In this document: one piece after another, positions 1 to 9,776 of the stretch | Position numbering within the stretch: position 1 is the first letter of the stretch | Layout of the letters: every line of letters starts with the position of its first letter | NCBI GenBank assembly: GCA_041736305.1 | Contig: JBGSTX010000222.1 | Location: 1 to 36,916, forward strand | Length of the DNA stretch: 36,916 nt | Direction of reading: 5' to 3' | DNA from: Oligoflexus sp. | GTDB lineage: Bacteria; Bdellovibrionota_B; Oligoflexia; Oligoflexales; Oligoflexaceae | Translations under genes and position numbers: made by a program | Notes under the pieces: model-generated | Told to the model about the DNA's origin: nothing | Seen by the model: the letters and a program-made list of their open reading frames with translations, nothing else | Databases searched by the model: none

Positions 1-165
1 GAGCGTTTCTACCGCGTGGACACCGCACGTTCGCGTAACGAGGGAGGGACGGGCCTTGGCCTCGCTATCGTGAAACACCTCGTTATTCAGCTCAATGGCC
101 TCATCGCCGTCGAAAGCGAGCTCGGCAGGGGCTCTCGTTTCAGTGTTCGTCTCTTGAGTGCCTGA
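1..165 (+). CDS. phoR: 3' end of a two-component sensor histidine kinase (PhoR-like HATPase_c), truncated by the window edge
   Basis: Frame 1 reads [26 protein letters not shown]...[15 protein letters not shown], stop TGA at 163-165. It carries the F and G2 boxes of HATPase_c and lies directly upstream of pstSCAB. Confidence 0.8.
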   Translation, partial: ERFYRVDTARSRNEGGTGLGLAIVKHLVIQLNGLIAVESELGRGSRFSVRLLSA

Positions 166-214
166 GACTCCTCTATGTTATTTAAAATAAGTCATTATGG
201 CGTTTATTGCGTTT

Positions 215-236
215 GGGGGCCGAAGCCCCTATTTTC
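215..236 (+). terminator. Probable intrinsic terminator after phoR
   Basis: GGGGGC-CGAA-GCCCCT hairpin followed by ATTTTC. Confidence 0.5.
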
Positions 237-502
237 ACTCGCTGCTCCTATCTAAAGATCATTTTTGCTTTCGTCATTCGACCTTTACGGGTATATAGAA
301 GCGCCATACGAGGAACAGCGGAAGGTGGCGAGTCAGTACGGTAAAACGTCCCGGATTCCCGGAAATTCAGCTTGGTTTTATTTTCTCTTTATATTTTTGC
401 AGTAAACGGTGTTGGCCCTCAAGGTCTACGGAACGCAGGAGCCCTGTCTTTACAGCCCCTGGCTCTGCTTAAGTGACCTAAAACTAATTTTGGAGAGTAT
501 CC

Positions 503-1438
503 ATGAAAGCAAACAAACTCATCGTCGGCATTCTGGCTTTGGCGGCAAGCACCTCGGTTTGGGCTGTCGATAAGAGTCTCAAAGGCGATGTCAAGCTCGA
601 TGGTTCAAGTACTGTATTTCCTATCGCTGAAGCCGCTGCAGAAGAATTTCAAAAAGAATATCCCAACGTTCGCGTGACTGTCGGCCTTTCGGGTACAGGC
701 GGTGGATTTAAGAAATTCGCTGCGGGCGAAATCGATATCAGCAATGCTTCACGCAAAATAAAAGATGAAGAAAGCAAGAAAGCGCTTGCCAATAAAGTCG
801 ATTTCGTCGAACTGCCAGTAGCCAACGATGGGATTTCAGTCGTCGTCAATCCAAAAAACACGTTCGTCAAGAGTCTGACCGTCGCTCAGCTCAAGTCGCT
901 CTGGGAACCAGGCAGCAAAGTAAAAACCTGGAAAGATCTCGATCCGAGCTGGCCTGCTGAAGCGATCAAGCTCTATGGCCCAGGTGCAGATTCTGGTACC
1001 TTTGACTTCTTCACAGAGCACGTCATGGGTACCGCCCGCCTCTCTCGTAACGACTACGTGGCCAGCGAAGACGACAATGTCTTGGTTACCGGAGTTTCCA
1101 GAGACAAAAACGCTTTAGCTTACTTTGGCTTTGCTTATTACATTGAAAATCAGAAGGTCCTTCGGGATATTCCTATCGCAGCCACCGGCAAGGAAGCAGT
1201 AACTCCCACTCCCCAAACTATCGAAGACGGTAGCTACACTCTGTCTCGTCCTCTGCTTTTCTACGTCAACACCAAGTCGGCGCAAAAACCTGAAGTTAAG
1301 ACTTTCGTCGAATTCATGATCAAAAATGCCGCTAAGCTTTCCAAAGAAGTCGGCTACGTTCCTTTGAAAGAAACGATGTACACAGACGCTCTGAAGAAAT
1401 TTCAGACGAGTGTCAATGCAGCCAAGCAGACCCATTGA
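503..1438 (+). CDS. pstS: Phosphate ABC transporter substrate-binding protein
   Basis: Signal peptide; DGSSTVFP, GTGGGFKKF, DSGTFDFF and SRPL motifs of the PstS family; GGAG RBS upstream. Confidence 0.95.
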   Translation: MKANKLIVGILALAASTSVWAVDKSLKGDVKLDGSSTVFPIAEAAAEEFQKEYPNVRVTVGLSGTGGGFKKFAAGEIDISNASRKIKDEESKKALANKVDFVELPVANDGISVVVNPKNTFVKSLTVAQLKSLWEPGSKVKTWKDLDPSWPAEAIKLYGPGADSGTFDFFTEHVMGTARLSRNDYVASEDDNVLVTGVSRDKNALAYFGFAYYIENQKVLRDIPIAATGKEAVTPTPQTIEDGSYTLSRPLLFYVNTKSAQKPEVKTFVEFMIKNAAKLSKEVGYVPLKETMYTDALKKFQTSVNAAKQTH

Positions 1439-1488
1439 GTTCTCATCGATAGAGTGAAGATGAACCAAGAGATTGTATCTTTGAGACT

Positions 1489-2421
1489 ATGAGGTACCGC
1501 ATGGCTTCCAGCAGCAGCCAACGTTGGGCGAGAATCAGTCAGTGGCAACGCTGGCGGGAAGATTTGGTTCTAAAAGCGCTCTTCCTCTGCGCAATGATCT
1601 CAATTTTTACGACTCTCGGTATCATCTTCCTTCTCTTAAGTGAATCTCTGCAGTTCTTTTCGCACGTATCGCCTATCGAGTTCTTTTTTGGAACGGAATG
1701 GGCTCCGCTTTTCGAACCACGCAGCTTTGGCGTTATTCCGCTAGTCTCCGGCACTCTCCTCATCTCCTTCGGTGCTCTTATATTTGCATTACCACTGGGT
1801 CTCGGCATTGCCATCTATGCCGCCGAGTATGCGACAGGTTGGTGGCAGAAGATTCTCAAGCCGGTGCTCGAGATCCTTGCTGGCATCCCTTCTGTCGTCT
1901 ACGGCTATTTTGCTCTCAACAAGGTGACTCCCGCGCTCCAATTTTTCTTCCCCGATGTCGAAGTTTTTAATGCAGCAAGCGCGTCAATAGTCATAGCTAT
2001 CATGGTCCTGCCGACCATCGCGTCCATCTGTGACGACTCGCTGCGGGCTGTACCAAAGGCCGTGCGAGACGGAGCCTATGCCTTAGGCGCGCGCAAGTCT
2101 GAAGTTCTGGCTCATATAGTCGTGCCATCTGCGTTGAGCGGAATTTTGGCTTCCTTTATACTCGCCTTCTCGCGCGCCATTGGGGAAACAATGGCAGTGA
2201 CTCTAGCTGCCGGCGCCACGCCCCAGCTCACCCTCAACCCCTTCGTCGGGGTGCAGGCCATGACCTCATATATTGCCCAGGTAACTATGGGGGACGTTCC
2301 TCATGGTTCTATAGAATACCAATCCATCTTTGCCGTGGGTCTCTATCTCTTTCTAATGACCCTGGCCATGAATCTTTTGTCGCAATTTATTGTCAAACGC
2401 TACGCGAGGAAGTATGAATGA
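1489..2421 (+). CDS. pstC: Phosphate ABC transporter permease PstC
   Basis: Hydrophobic protein with LAGIPSVVYG, EAA-like loop DGAYALGA and SRAIGETMAV. The start could be 1501. Confidence 0.95.
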   Translation: MRYRMASSSSQRWARISQWQRWREDLVLKALFLCAMISIFTTLGIIFLLLSESLQFFSHVSPIEFFFGTEWAPLFEPRSFGVIPLVSGTLLISFGALIFALPLGLGIAIYAAEYATGWWQKILKPVLEILAGIPSVVYGYFALNKVTPALQFFFPDVEVFNAASASIVIAIMVLPTIASICDDSLRAVPKAVRDGAYALGARKSEVLAHIVVPSALSGILASFILAFSRAIGETMAVTLAAGATPQLTLNPFVGVQAMTSYIAQVTMGDVPHGSIEYQSIFAVGLYLFLMTLAMNLLSQFIVKRYARKYE

Positions 2422-3365
2422 GCCAGATAGAAAGTGCTTTCGGTTCACCTAACCGAGCCATGTCTAGTCAGGAAGGATCCATGTCCTTGAAGGAAAGCCG
2501 TTCCGTTTTCGCCGTTAACATGCGCAGGCGTCAACTTAAAGAGAAGGCTTTCTTCGGGGTGATTTTTTGCGCGACCATCGTGGCTATCACCATCTTGGTC
2601 TATCTGATTGCTAGCATCTGGAGTGACGGTTGGCCCTACTTGAACTGGGACTTCTTCACTAATTTCCCTTCTCGCTTCGCCAATAAGGCGGGCTTCAAAT
2701 CAGCAATCTATGGCAGTGCATGGCTAGGGTTTTTAACCCTCATTATTTCTGTGCTTTTTGGCGTAGGTTCCGCCGTCTATCTTGAAGAGCTTGCCAACCG
2801 CAGTCGCACTAACCGCTGGATAGAACTTAGTATAGCTACTTTGGCTGGTGTTCCCTCGATTATCTACGGGATGCTGGGGCTTGGTATCTTCGTTCGCTTC
2901 TTTGCTCTAGGCCGCTCCGTCATCGCAGGCGCCTTGACTCTCAGCCTGCTCATCATGCCTGTCATCATCATCGCAGCGCGAGAGGCTCTTAAGAGCGTCC
3001 CCACCGGCATCAGGACGGGCGCTTATGCGCTAGGTGCCTCGCGCTGGCAGACAGTAAGAGATCACGTCTTGCCCTCGGCTTTTCCCGGAATCGCCACAGG
3101 CGTAATTCTCGCTATGGCGAGAGCTGTTGGGGAAGCTGCACCACTGATCATTCTCGGTGCTTTGACCTATATCGCTTTCGTTCCGGAAAATATGTTCGAC
3201 TCCTTTACGGCCATGCCTATTCAAATATTCAACTGGGCGTCGCGTCCGCAGCCTGCCTTTCACGATCTCGCTGCAGCGGGAATCATTGTTCTGCTGGGCT
3301 TCTTACTTATATGCAACGCCGCCGCCATTTACCTCCGTTCGCGATGGAGATCGCACAAGCCATGA
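2418..3365 (+). CDS. pstA: Phosphate ABC transporter permease PstA
   Basis: [21 protein letters not shown] and [10 protein letters not shown] motifs; ATGA overlap with pstC. Confidence 0.95.
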   Translation: MSQIESAFGSPNRAMSSQEGSMSLKESRSVFAVNMRRRQLKEKAFFGVIFCATIVAITILVYLIASIWSDGWPYLNWDFFTNFPSRFANKAGFKSAIYGSAWLGFLTLIISVLFGVGSAVYLEELANRSRTNRWIELSIATLAGVPSIIYGMLGLGIFVRFFALGRSVIAGALTLSLLIMPVIIIAAREALKSVPTGIRTGAYALGASRWQTVRDHVLPSAFPGIATGVILAMARAVGEAAPLIILGALTYIAFVPENMFDSFTAMPIQIFNWASRPQPAFHDLAAAGIIVLLGFLLICNAAAIYLRSRWRSHKP

Positions 3366-4126
3366 TTCAATCGCATGCCAGTTCTATCTTGGAAACGCGC
3401 AATCTCAATATCTATTACGGCGATAAGAAAGTCGTTCGCAACGTCAGCATGAAAATTCCGAAGAGGACCGTTACGGCCCTCATCGGCCCTTCAGGATGCG
3501 GCAAGAGCACTCTCCTGCGGACCTTCAACCGTATGAATGATTTTATCGAGACTTTTCGCCACGAGGGTGAGGTTCTCTTTGAAGGGACCGACATCTATCG
3601 TTCAAAGAGTGATGTGACCGAGTTCCGTCGGCGCGTGGGAATGGTTTTTCAAAAGCCAAATCCTTTTACCTCCTCCATTGCAAAAAACATCAGCTGGGGT
3701 CCACTGGTCAATGGCTACGTAGGCGACGTCAATGAGTTGGTCGAACGCTGTCTGCGTAAGGCTGCCCTCTGGGACGAGGTGAAAGATAAGCTAGGCGATA
3801 GCGGTCTCGCTCTTTCCGGTGGCCAGCAACAGCGTCTCTGTATCGCGCGGGCTATCGCTATGGACCCCGAAGTTATTTTGATGGATGAACCCTGCTCGGC
3901 CCTCGACCCCCAGTCTACTCTGGCGATAGAAGATCTAATTTCCGAGCTGAAGCAGAATTTTACTATAGTGATAGTGACGCATAACATGCAGCAGGCGGCC
4001 CGTGTCTCCGAGTTTACTGCCTTTATGTACAACGGTGACCTGATAGAATATGACGAAACTTCGAAAATCTTTTCTTCCCCGGCGGAAAAACTAACTCGCG
4101 ATTACATCGTAGGTCGCTTCGGCTGA
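3362..4126 (+). CDS. pstB: Phosphate ABC transporter ATPase
   Basis: Walker [35 protein letters not shown], Walker [12 protein letters not shown]. Start placed at ATG 3362 (ATGA overlap with the pstA stop). Confidence 0.96.
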   Translation: MIQSHASSILETRNLNIYYGDKKVVRNVSMKIPKRTVTALIGPSGCGKSTLLRTFNRMNDFIETFRHEGEVLFEGTDIYRSKSDVTEFRRRVGMVFQKPNPFTSSIAKNISWGPLVNGYVGDVNELVERCLRKAALWDEVKDKLGDSGLALSGGQQQRLCIARAIAMDPEVILMDEPCSALDPQSTLAIEDLISELKQNFTIVIVTHNMQQAARVSEFTAFMYNGDLIEYDETSKIFSSPAEKLTRDYIVGRFG

Positions 4127-4300
4127 GTTTCTGCGTAGACTGCCTAAATTTCTTCTCTGGTCGAGACCGACCGGCGATGCTAGATTATCAACTTGTATCG
4201 CCGTATCCTTTGCTAGACTTGGGTTCCCAGAAGCAACTGCTCCCTAGTCTCGGCATTTGGACACCCCAATATCCACCCCGGACCGCGTCGAGAGTATTCA

Positions 4301-6106
4301 ATGAGCAGACAGTTGGAAGGTTGGCAGCGAACCCATAACCTCGGCGAACTAACAGACAAGCACGATGGCCAGACGGTATTTTTGATGGGCTGGGTACAGA
4401 CTCGTCGAGATCACGGTCATCTTATATTTGTCGATTTGCGAGACCGCTTCGGCTTCACCCAGGTCGTACTTGATCCTTCGCAGGCACCAGGTCTCCTTGA
4501 GATCGGTGAGAAGCTGCGCAACGAGTTTGTTCTCGCCGTCAAAGGCGTCGTTCGAAAGCGCCCAGAAGGTATGATAAATAGCAAAGTGCCGACTGGTACC
4601 ATTGAAGTTCAGGTGACAGACGCCAAACTTCTCAACAGCTCCGACCCGCTGCCTTTTCAGATTCAGGATCAAAGTGATGCGAGCGAAATGCTCCGCCTCA
4701 AGTATCGCTACCTTGACCTACGCCGCCAGACGCTCAGAAATAATATTCTCAAGCGCATTCAGTTCGTACGTGAGATGCGGCGCGCGCTAGAAGATGAGAA
4801 CTTTCTCGATATAGAGACACCTTTTCTCTATAAGTCGACGCCGGAAGGCGCGCGCGAGTTTTTAGTGCCCTCCCGCGTTCACCCGGGCAAATTCTATGCA
4901 CTTCCGCAGAGTCCGCAGCTTTTCAAGCAAGTCCTCATGATCGCGGGCATGGATCGCTACTATCAGGTGGTCAAGTGCTTCCGCGACGAGGACCTTCGTG
5001 CCGACCGCCAGCCAGAATTTTCGCAGATCGACCTTGAAATGTCTTTCGTCGATCGCGAGCAGATCCTGGCGACGATGGAGCGAGTGGTCGCGCGCGTCTG
5101 GGAACGTTGCTCGGGCCAAGCCGTGAACTTGCCGCTGCCGCGTATGAGTTACGATGATGCGATGGAGTTCTACGGCAACGACAAACCTGACACTCGCTTC
5201 GAACTCAAGCTGCAGAATATCGGAGCCGAAGTTCAAAGCTCGAGCTTCAAAGTCTTTGCCGGCGCTCTCAGCACCGGTGGCATCGTCAACGTTCTGCATA
5301 TCAAGGGTCAAGGCGAAGCCTTTAGCCGCAAGGATCTCGACGAACTGGGCGAACTTGCCAAGCAGCACGGTTCGGGCGGACTGGCCTGGGCTAAGGTCAA
5401 AGAGGGTAAGGGCCAAGAGAGTTGGCAGTCCCCGATCGCGAAGTTTATTGGGGATGCGAACGTCGACGCAGTTAACGCCAAACTCGGGGCGAAGTCTGGA
5501 GACCTTATACTCTTCGGAGCCGGAGACTATCGCTCGACGAAAGCTTCACTCTCGGCCGTCCGCCTCGAGATCGGACGTCGCCTCAAGTTGATGGATCCCC
5601 AGAAATTCAATTTCCTCTGGGTACTTGATTTCCCGAGTTTCGAGCGCGATGGAGAGACGGGCCGACTGATCGCCTGTCACCATCCTTTCACCTCGCCTCG
5701 CGACGAGGATATCGCTCTGATCGAGACGCAGCCTGAGAAAGTAAAGGCCAAGGCTTACGATCTCGTGCTCAACGGCAATGAAGTTGCCGGAGGTTCGATA
5801 CGTATTCACAGCCAGGAACTCCAGGCGCGTATCTTCAAGCTCCTCGGCCTCAGTGCCGAAGAAGCGCAGGCGAAGTTTGGCTTTCTTTTGGAAGCTCTCC
5901 GTTACGGAGCACCACCGCACGGAGGTATGGCTTTCGGTCTCGACCGCATGACTATGCTTCTGACGGGCTCCGAATCAATTCGGGATGTGATTCCCTTTCC
6001 AAAGACTAACAAGGCAGCCGACCTGATGACAGACGCTCCCAGTGAGGTCGGTCCAGACGAGCTCCGCAATCTGCACATTCGCGTGCAGAAGATGACCCTA
6101 GAGTGA
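4301..6106 (+). CDS. aspS: Aspartate--tRNA ligase, probably the non-discriminating Asp/Asn type
   Basis: OB-fold RRDHG..FVDLRD, LRLKYRYLDLRR, STPEGAREFLVP, FRDEDLRADRQPEF, GGSIRIH, PPHGGMAFGLDR. Confidence 0.97.
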   Translation: MSRQLEGWQRTHNLGELTDKHDGQTVFLMGWVQTRRDHGHLIFVDLRDRFGFTQVVLDPSQAPGLLEIGEKLRNEFVLAVKGVVRKRPEGMINSKVPTGTIEVQVTDAKLLNSSDPLPFQIQDQSDASEMLRLKYRYLDLRRQTLRNNILKRIQFVREMRRALEDENFLDIETPFLYKSTPEGAREFLVPSRVHPGKFYALPQSPQLFKQVLMIAGMDRYYQVVKCFRDEDLRADRQPEFSQIDLEMSFVDREQILATMERVVARVWERCSGQAVNLPLPRMSYDDAMEFYGNDKPDTRFELKLQNIGAEVQSSSFKVFAGALSTGGIVNVLHIKGQGEAFSRKDLDELGELAKQHGSGGLAWAKVKEGKGQESWQSPIAKFIGDANVDAVNAKLGAKSGDLILFGAGDYRSTKASLSAVRLEIGRRLKLMDPQKFNFLWVLDFPSFERDGETGRLIACHHPFTSPRDEDIALIETQPEKVKAKAYDLVLNGNEVAGGSIRIHSQELQARIFKLLGLSAEEAQAKFGFLLEALRYGAPPHGGMAFGLDRMTMLLTGSESIRDVIPFPKTNKAADLMTDAPSEVGPDELRNLHIRVQKMTLE

Positions 6107-6113
6107 GGCTTCT

Positions 6114-7082
6114 ATGCAATCGACGCTTTCGCCTGATGTAGGTGAGTGGATAGACTTTCCGATGGGACCTCGGCTGCGGGGCTACCTTGGGATTAGCGAG
6201 GCCGAATACCGCGGTGCAGAGGCTGGTCACCCGAGTCCTGAGCGCGGCGACGCTTTTCAAGCCTACCTCGACGAGTTCATGCAGAGGCAGGCCGTCGAGG
6301 ATCAGGCGGAATTTGTGGATTTGCTCGAGGAGCTGACGGCTATGGGCCTTTCGGCGTCGGCCTTAGCTTTGGCTGAGCGTTTTCCGCAGTTCAGTATCGA
6401 GGGAGATTTCCGCGCCTGTCTCGCTCTTGGTTCCGCGCTTATGATGGAAAGCGAACTCGACGAGGCGGTCCAGTTTCTGGTCCAGGCGCAGGCTACGGTC
6501 CCCCAGGAGATTGCGCCCTACGTGAATCTGAGCGCTATTTATTTTGCTCTCGAACGCGACAGCGACTCTATGTATTGGGCCGACCGCGGACTCCAGATCG
6601 ACCCTAATAATTTCCGACTTTGGGAGTTGGTCGCGTCGATCTATCTGCACGAAGACAGCAAGACAGCCGGGACGCGGGTACGGGCGAAAGCCGAGCAGCT
6701 GCATTCCTATGCCGGCTCTTCTCTAGCAGCCGATATGATCGATCCCCAAGACAAGCTGCTGAAGGCCCAGTATCTCAGCGACGTTTTCAATGCGGGAGCG
6801 CGCGAAGAAGAGTTTCTGGTTGAATATACCGCCGCTTTAGGCATGGCCCAGCAGTTCGAGAAAATTCCTCAGCTGGTCTGGCGGCTCGAGCATCTGGAAA
6901 AGAAGGAAATTCACTGGAAGCTTTATGCGCATGCGGCTCAGGCCCACCTCGCCCTCAATCAAGAAGAGCAGGCAGCCCATCTCATTAAGCGCGTGTCTCA
7001 GTTCAATGACGTCCCCTCTCAGGTCCTCAGCGATCTGCAGGAAATCTACGATCAGCAGACTGAGTCTCAGACGGCACCCTAA
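6114..7082 (+). CDS. Tetratricopeptide-repeat-like alpha-helical protein
   Basis: TPR-like units (LALGSALMMESELDEAVQFLVQAQATVP; YVNLSAIYFALE...GLQIDPNN). Tightly packed between aspS and the RidA gene. Confidence 0.65.
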   Translation: MQSTLSPDVGEWIDFPMGPRLRGYLGISEAEYRGAEAGHPSPERGDAFQAYLDEFMQRQAVEDQAEFVDLLEELTAMGLSASALALAERFPQFSIEGDFRACLALGSALMMESELDEAVQFLVQAQATVPQEIAPYVNLSAIYFALERDSDSMYWADRGLQIDPNNFRLWELVASIYLHEDSKTAGTRVRAKAEQLHSYAGSSLAADMIDPQDKLLKAQYLSDVFNAGAREEEFLVEYTAALGMAQQFEKIPQLVWRLEHLEKKEIHWKLYAHAAQAHLALNQEEQAAHLIKRVSQFNDVPSQVLSDLQEIYDQQTESQTAP

Positions 7083-7119
7083 AGCTCCGATTCATGAGAT
7101 CAAGTAAGGAGAGAGCGGA

Positions 7120-7503
7120 ATGTCCATCAAAGAAGTCTCGAGCAATCAAGCTCCAGCGGCCATAGGTCCCTACTCGCAAGCGATCGTCCACGGTGGTGTG
7201 GTATACTGCTCCGGTCAGATCCCTTTGGATCCTCAGACCGGGCAGATGAAAAACAGCAGCATCGAAGAAGAGACCCACCAGGTGATGAAAAACCTTCGCG
7301 CTGTGCTCCAAGCCGGAGGCAGTGACTTGCATGGCGTAATTCGGACGACTATTTATTTGCAGAATCTAGAAAATTTCGCCAAAGTGAATGAGGTATACGC
7401 AAGTTACCTGAGCAAGCCCTATCCGGCGCGTGCGACAGTCCAAGTGGCGAAACTTCCGCGAGGAGCCTCCGTCGAGATTGACGCTATAGCTAGACAGCTG
7501 TAG
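7120..7503 (+). CDS. ridA: RidA/YjgF/UK114 family reactive intermediate deaminase
   Basis: APAAIGPYSQA, SGQIPLDP, PARATVQV..LP...VEID motifs; AAGGAG RBS. Confidence 0.92.
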   Translation: MSIKEVSSNQAPAAIGPYSQAIVHGGVVYCSGQIPLDPQTGQMKNSSIEEETHQVMKNLRAVLQAGGSDLHGVIRTTIYLQNLENFAKVNEVYASYLSKPYPARATVQVAKLPRGASVEIDAIARQL

Positions 7504-7822
7504 GGAATCTTGTAGAGCCCTTCAGCCTTACTCGTTACTCGTTCATGCAAGCCTCCTTCGGATCTGCCTTTGACTCTGGACTTTCGATTTTTGGAAAGCC
7601 CAGGGGCGCCTACTTCCATCTGTCGCTCGGAAGGTACTAGCTCTCGCTTCGAACAAAGTAGACCCCAGGGACCGACCTCTGCAAACCGCGCCTGGTCAGC
7701 CCTGAAGGGAGTCCGGCGGCCGATTTTTCTTTCCGGAAAACGTGCCACATAGGTATGAAAACCTTATTTGCTATGTTAGACTTGAAAAAACGACCAACTG
7801 AAGATTGGTATTTGGGAGCCCC

Positions 7823-8296
7823 ATGAGACGCTTTCCTATGCTCATTAAGAAAAGCGCTTTATATATTATGGGCCTATTGAGTCTTGCCTTATTCCTTGGA
7901 CAAAGTATTAAGGCAGCGCTTAAACCGCCTGTAGTGACCACATATGTAGAAATCGATGGTGTAGATTATGGCCCTTTCGATATAATCGAAGGTATGAATA
8001 AATTTGCGAGTGACGGTTTTCCAGTTTCGGCTCAGACCAGCTTTGAGACTATTCGTCTCAGCCGCGAGTTCGTAACTCAGCCATCTCTTTATCTCTGGGC
8101 CAAAAATCAGACCAGCCGCAAGTTTGGACCGAAAGACATCCATCTGGTCATGGAAAATGAAGAAGGACACGTCGTATCACGCAAGGTTTTGCAGCTTTGC
8201 CAACCTTTGTCTTGGTCCGTAGAATCTTCTAATCCTTCCTTAGGTGGTTTCAATGAGACTGTCGACTTGGCCGTCCAGAAAATCTCGATCTTCTGA
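7823..8296 (+). CDS. Exported protein resembling a T4 gp19/Afp1-type phage tail tube
   Basis: GGGAG RBS before ATG 7823 and an N-terminal signal/TM (IKKSALYIMGLLSLALFLGQSIKA). The rest follows the tail-tube pattern: VEIDG..F..IEG; IRLSR....LYLW; KDIHLVMENEEG.VV; QPLSW; ETVDLAVQKI. Confidence 0.6.
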   Translation: MRRFPMLIKKSALYIMGLLSLALFLGQSIKAALKPPVVTTYVEIDGVDYGPFDIIEGMNKFASDGFPVSAQTSFETIRLSREFVTQPSLYLWAKNQTSRKFGPKDIHLVMENEEGHVVSRKVLQLCQPLSWSVESSNPSLGGFNETVDLAVQKISIF

Positions 8297-8303
8297 GACG
8301 CGC

Positions 8304-9656
8304 GTGAGGCCTATACTGATTGCAGCAAGTTCATCATTGGCAGCTATTTGTTTTTTTGGTTGTCAAAACCTGTGGAATTCTTCGCCGAATTCCAGCAGCA
8401 TGCCGGCTCCAGAGCCGAGGCCAGTTTACGCAGCTAGCGTGAAGGTCTATCTGCAGGACGATGCGAAGCACGAGATGTTTCTCGGCGAATTCGATCGCGC
8501 TTCCTGCGTCAACGGCTTCCCACAGCAGTGGTCTTACTACTTCACGAGCGTCGTGGGTCAGCATCGCTTCGATCTCGACTATGCTCCTCTCCTCGATCAA
8601 AAATCAGGTTCGGGTGCGCTCGTCGTAAAAACCGCTCAGCAGCGTTATCATCTCCGCATCGGCACTCTGCCTAGCACTATTGTTGCGCGCCAGCTCTGTG
8701 AAGAAACTAAAGAAGCCGACACGGTGAAGTTTGCCGCTGATGCTCCTGAGAAGGACGATCTGCTTTCAGCTCTCCGCTTGGCTGCTCCCGATTGCCAGTT
8801 CGAATACGATGGCGACAAAGGCTTAGCCTGCAGATTACAGCATCCGAACTCCAAAGAATTGCTTACGCAGCTAGAGACGCTGAAGAAAAACATGACCACC
8901 AAGTGGAATCATCAGCCCTATCTGCTGATTCGACGTCTTACTTTAGCGATGCAGATGCTCGACGCCCTGCGTCGCGACAGCAAAGCTGACTGGCAAAAGT
9001 CCTGTCGCATCGTCAAGTACTCGCTTCCCAACGAATTGCCTCTCAGCTTTCGCTCAAAACTCTGGCGGGATAAAGTTTGTAACGACAGCAAACCCGACGA
9101 TGACACGGTGCTGATCGGGCTCGATCAAGCTGTCCGCGAACTGCAAACCCTCTCGCGGCGCATTGAAGAGGCAAGTCTGGTCGGACTCTTCACTCTGTCT
9201 GTGCCGCGCGATCAAAGTGCCTCTAAGGATTACTGGGTAAGCCTGCAGCCGATAGAAATCCCGCTGGTCATGAGTGAAGTTCCGCCGCAGACGATGAGCT
9301 GCGTTTGGCATCCACTCTTCTTCGAACAGCCTGAGCAGCAGCTGGTTGCGATCGATCTCGTCCAGGTCCCTCATTCGGATAAGAGCTTTTGTGCTCCAGC
9401 GCCCTCGCTCGCGCGAGCCAAGCGCGAGGCCGATATCTATGTACGTTCGAGTATCGCCAGCGAAATGGAGTTTCAGATCTCCAATGGCCAGTCGAAGAAG
9501 CTGCGCCTGCCGACGGGTGATTACCGTTACAGCGTTTCACAGTTCAGCGGTCCTTTCCCCGATGAAATGACATCAACGCAAGAGATTGCGCCCCTTTCAA
9601 CTGGTCACATCAGCTGGAAGAGCGCGCGCCCTCACCTAGTTATCAAATCCTGGTGA
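8304..9656 (+). CDS. Cysteine-rich putative lipoprotein of unknown function
   Basis: GTG at 8304 gives MRPILIAASSSLAAICFFG-C (lipobox-like), then a Ser/Pro linker and several further Cys. It starts 7 nt after the tail-tube-like gene. Confidence 0.65.
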   Translation: MRPILIAASSSLAAICFFGCQNLWNSSPNSSSMPAPEPRPVYAASVKVYLQDDAKHEMFLGEFDRASCVNGFPQQWSYYFTSVVGQHRFDLDYAPLLDQKSGSGALVVKTAQQRYHLRIGTLPSTIVARQLCEETKEADTVKFAADAPEKDDLLSALRLAAPDCQFEYDGDKGLACRLQHPNSKELLTQLETLKKNMTTKWNHQPYLLIRRLTLAMQMLDALRRDSKADWQKSCRIVKYSLPNELPLSFRSKLWRDKVCNDSKPDDDTVLIGLDQAVRELQTLSRRIEEASLVGLFTLSVPRDQSASKDYWVSLQPIEIPLVMSEVPPQTMSCVWHPLFFEQPEQQLVAIDLVQVPHSDKSFCAPAPSLARAKREADIYVRSSIASEMEFQISNGQSKKLRLPTGDYRYSVSQFSGPFPDEMTSTQEIAPLSTGHISWKSARPHLVIKSW

Positions 9657-9776
9657 TCGACTAAGAAGAGGAGAGGACGCAGCTTCCTCTTCTCCAGCTT
9701 CCTTCCCTTGTAGAGCGCCCCCTTCATCATTATAGTCCCCCTGCATTGCCAACCTGCAGCAGAGGGTCTCCGCGCT

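Noticed and set aside
271-288. Possible Pho box (TCGTCAT-N4-CCTTTAC) upstream of pstS
   Set aside because: The 11-bp spacing fits, but the match to CTGTCAT is weak and no -10 element sits at the expected distance.
7545-7570. SRP RNA-like motif (minus strand CAGATCCGAAGGAGGC), tempting because ffh is nearby
   Set aside because: It lacks the GNRA tetraloop and the AGCAG of SRP helix 8.
7733-7747. Possible sigma-54 promoter on the minus strand (TGGCACG)
   Set aside because: The -24 element is present but the -12 TTGC is not (TGGCACGTTTTCCGG).
7823-9656. Prophage, eCIS or T6SS cluster
   Set aside because: Only one tube-like gene is present, with no sheath, baseplate, spike, integrase or att-like repeat seen.
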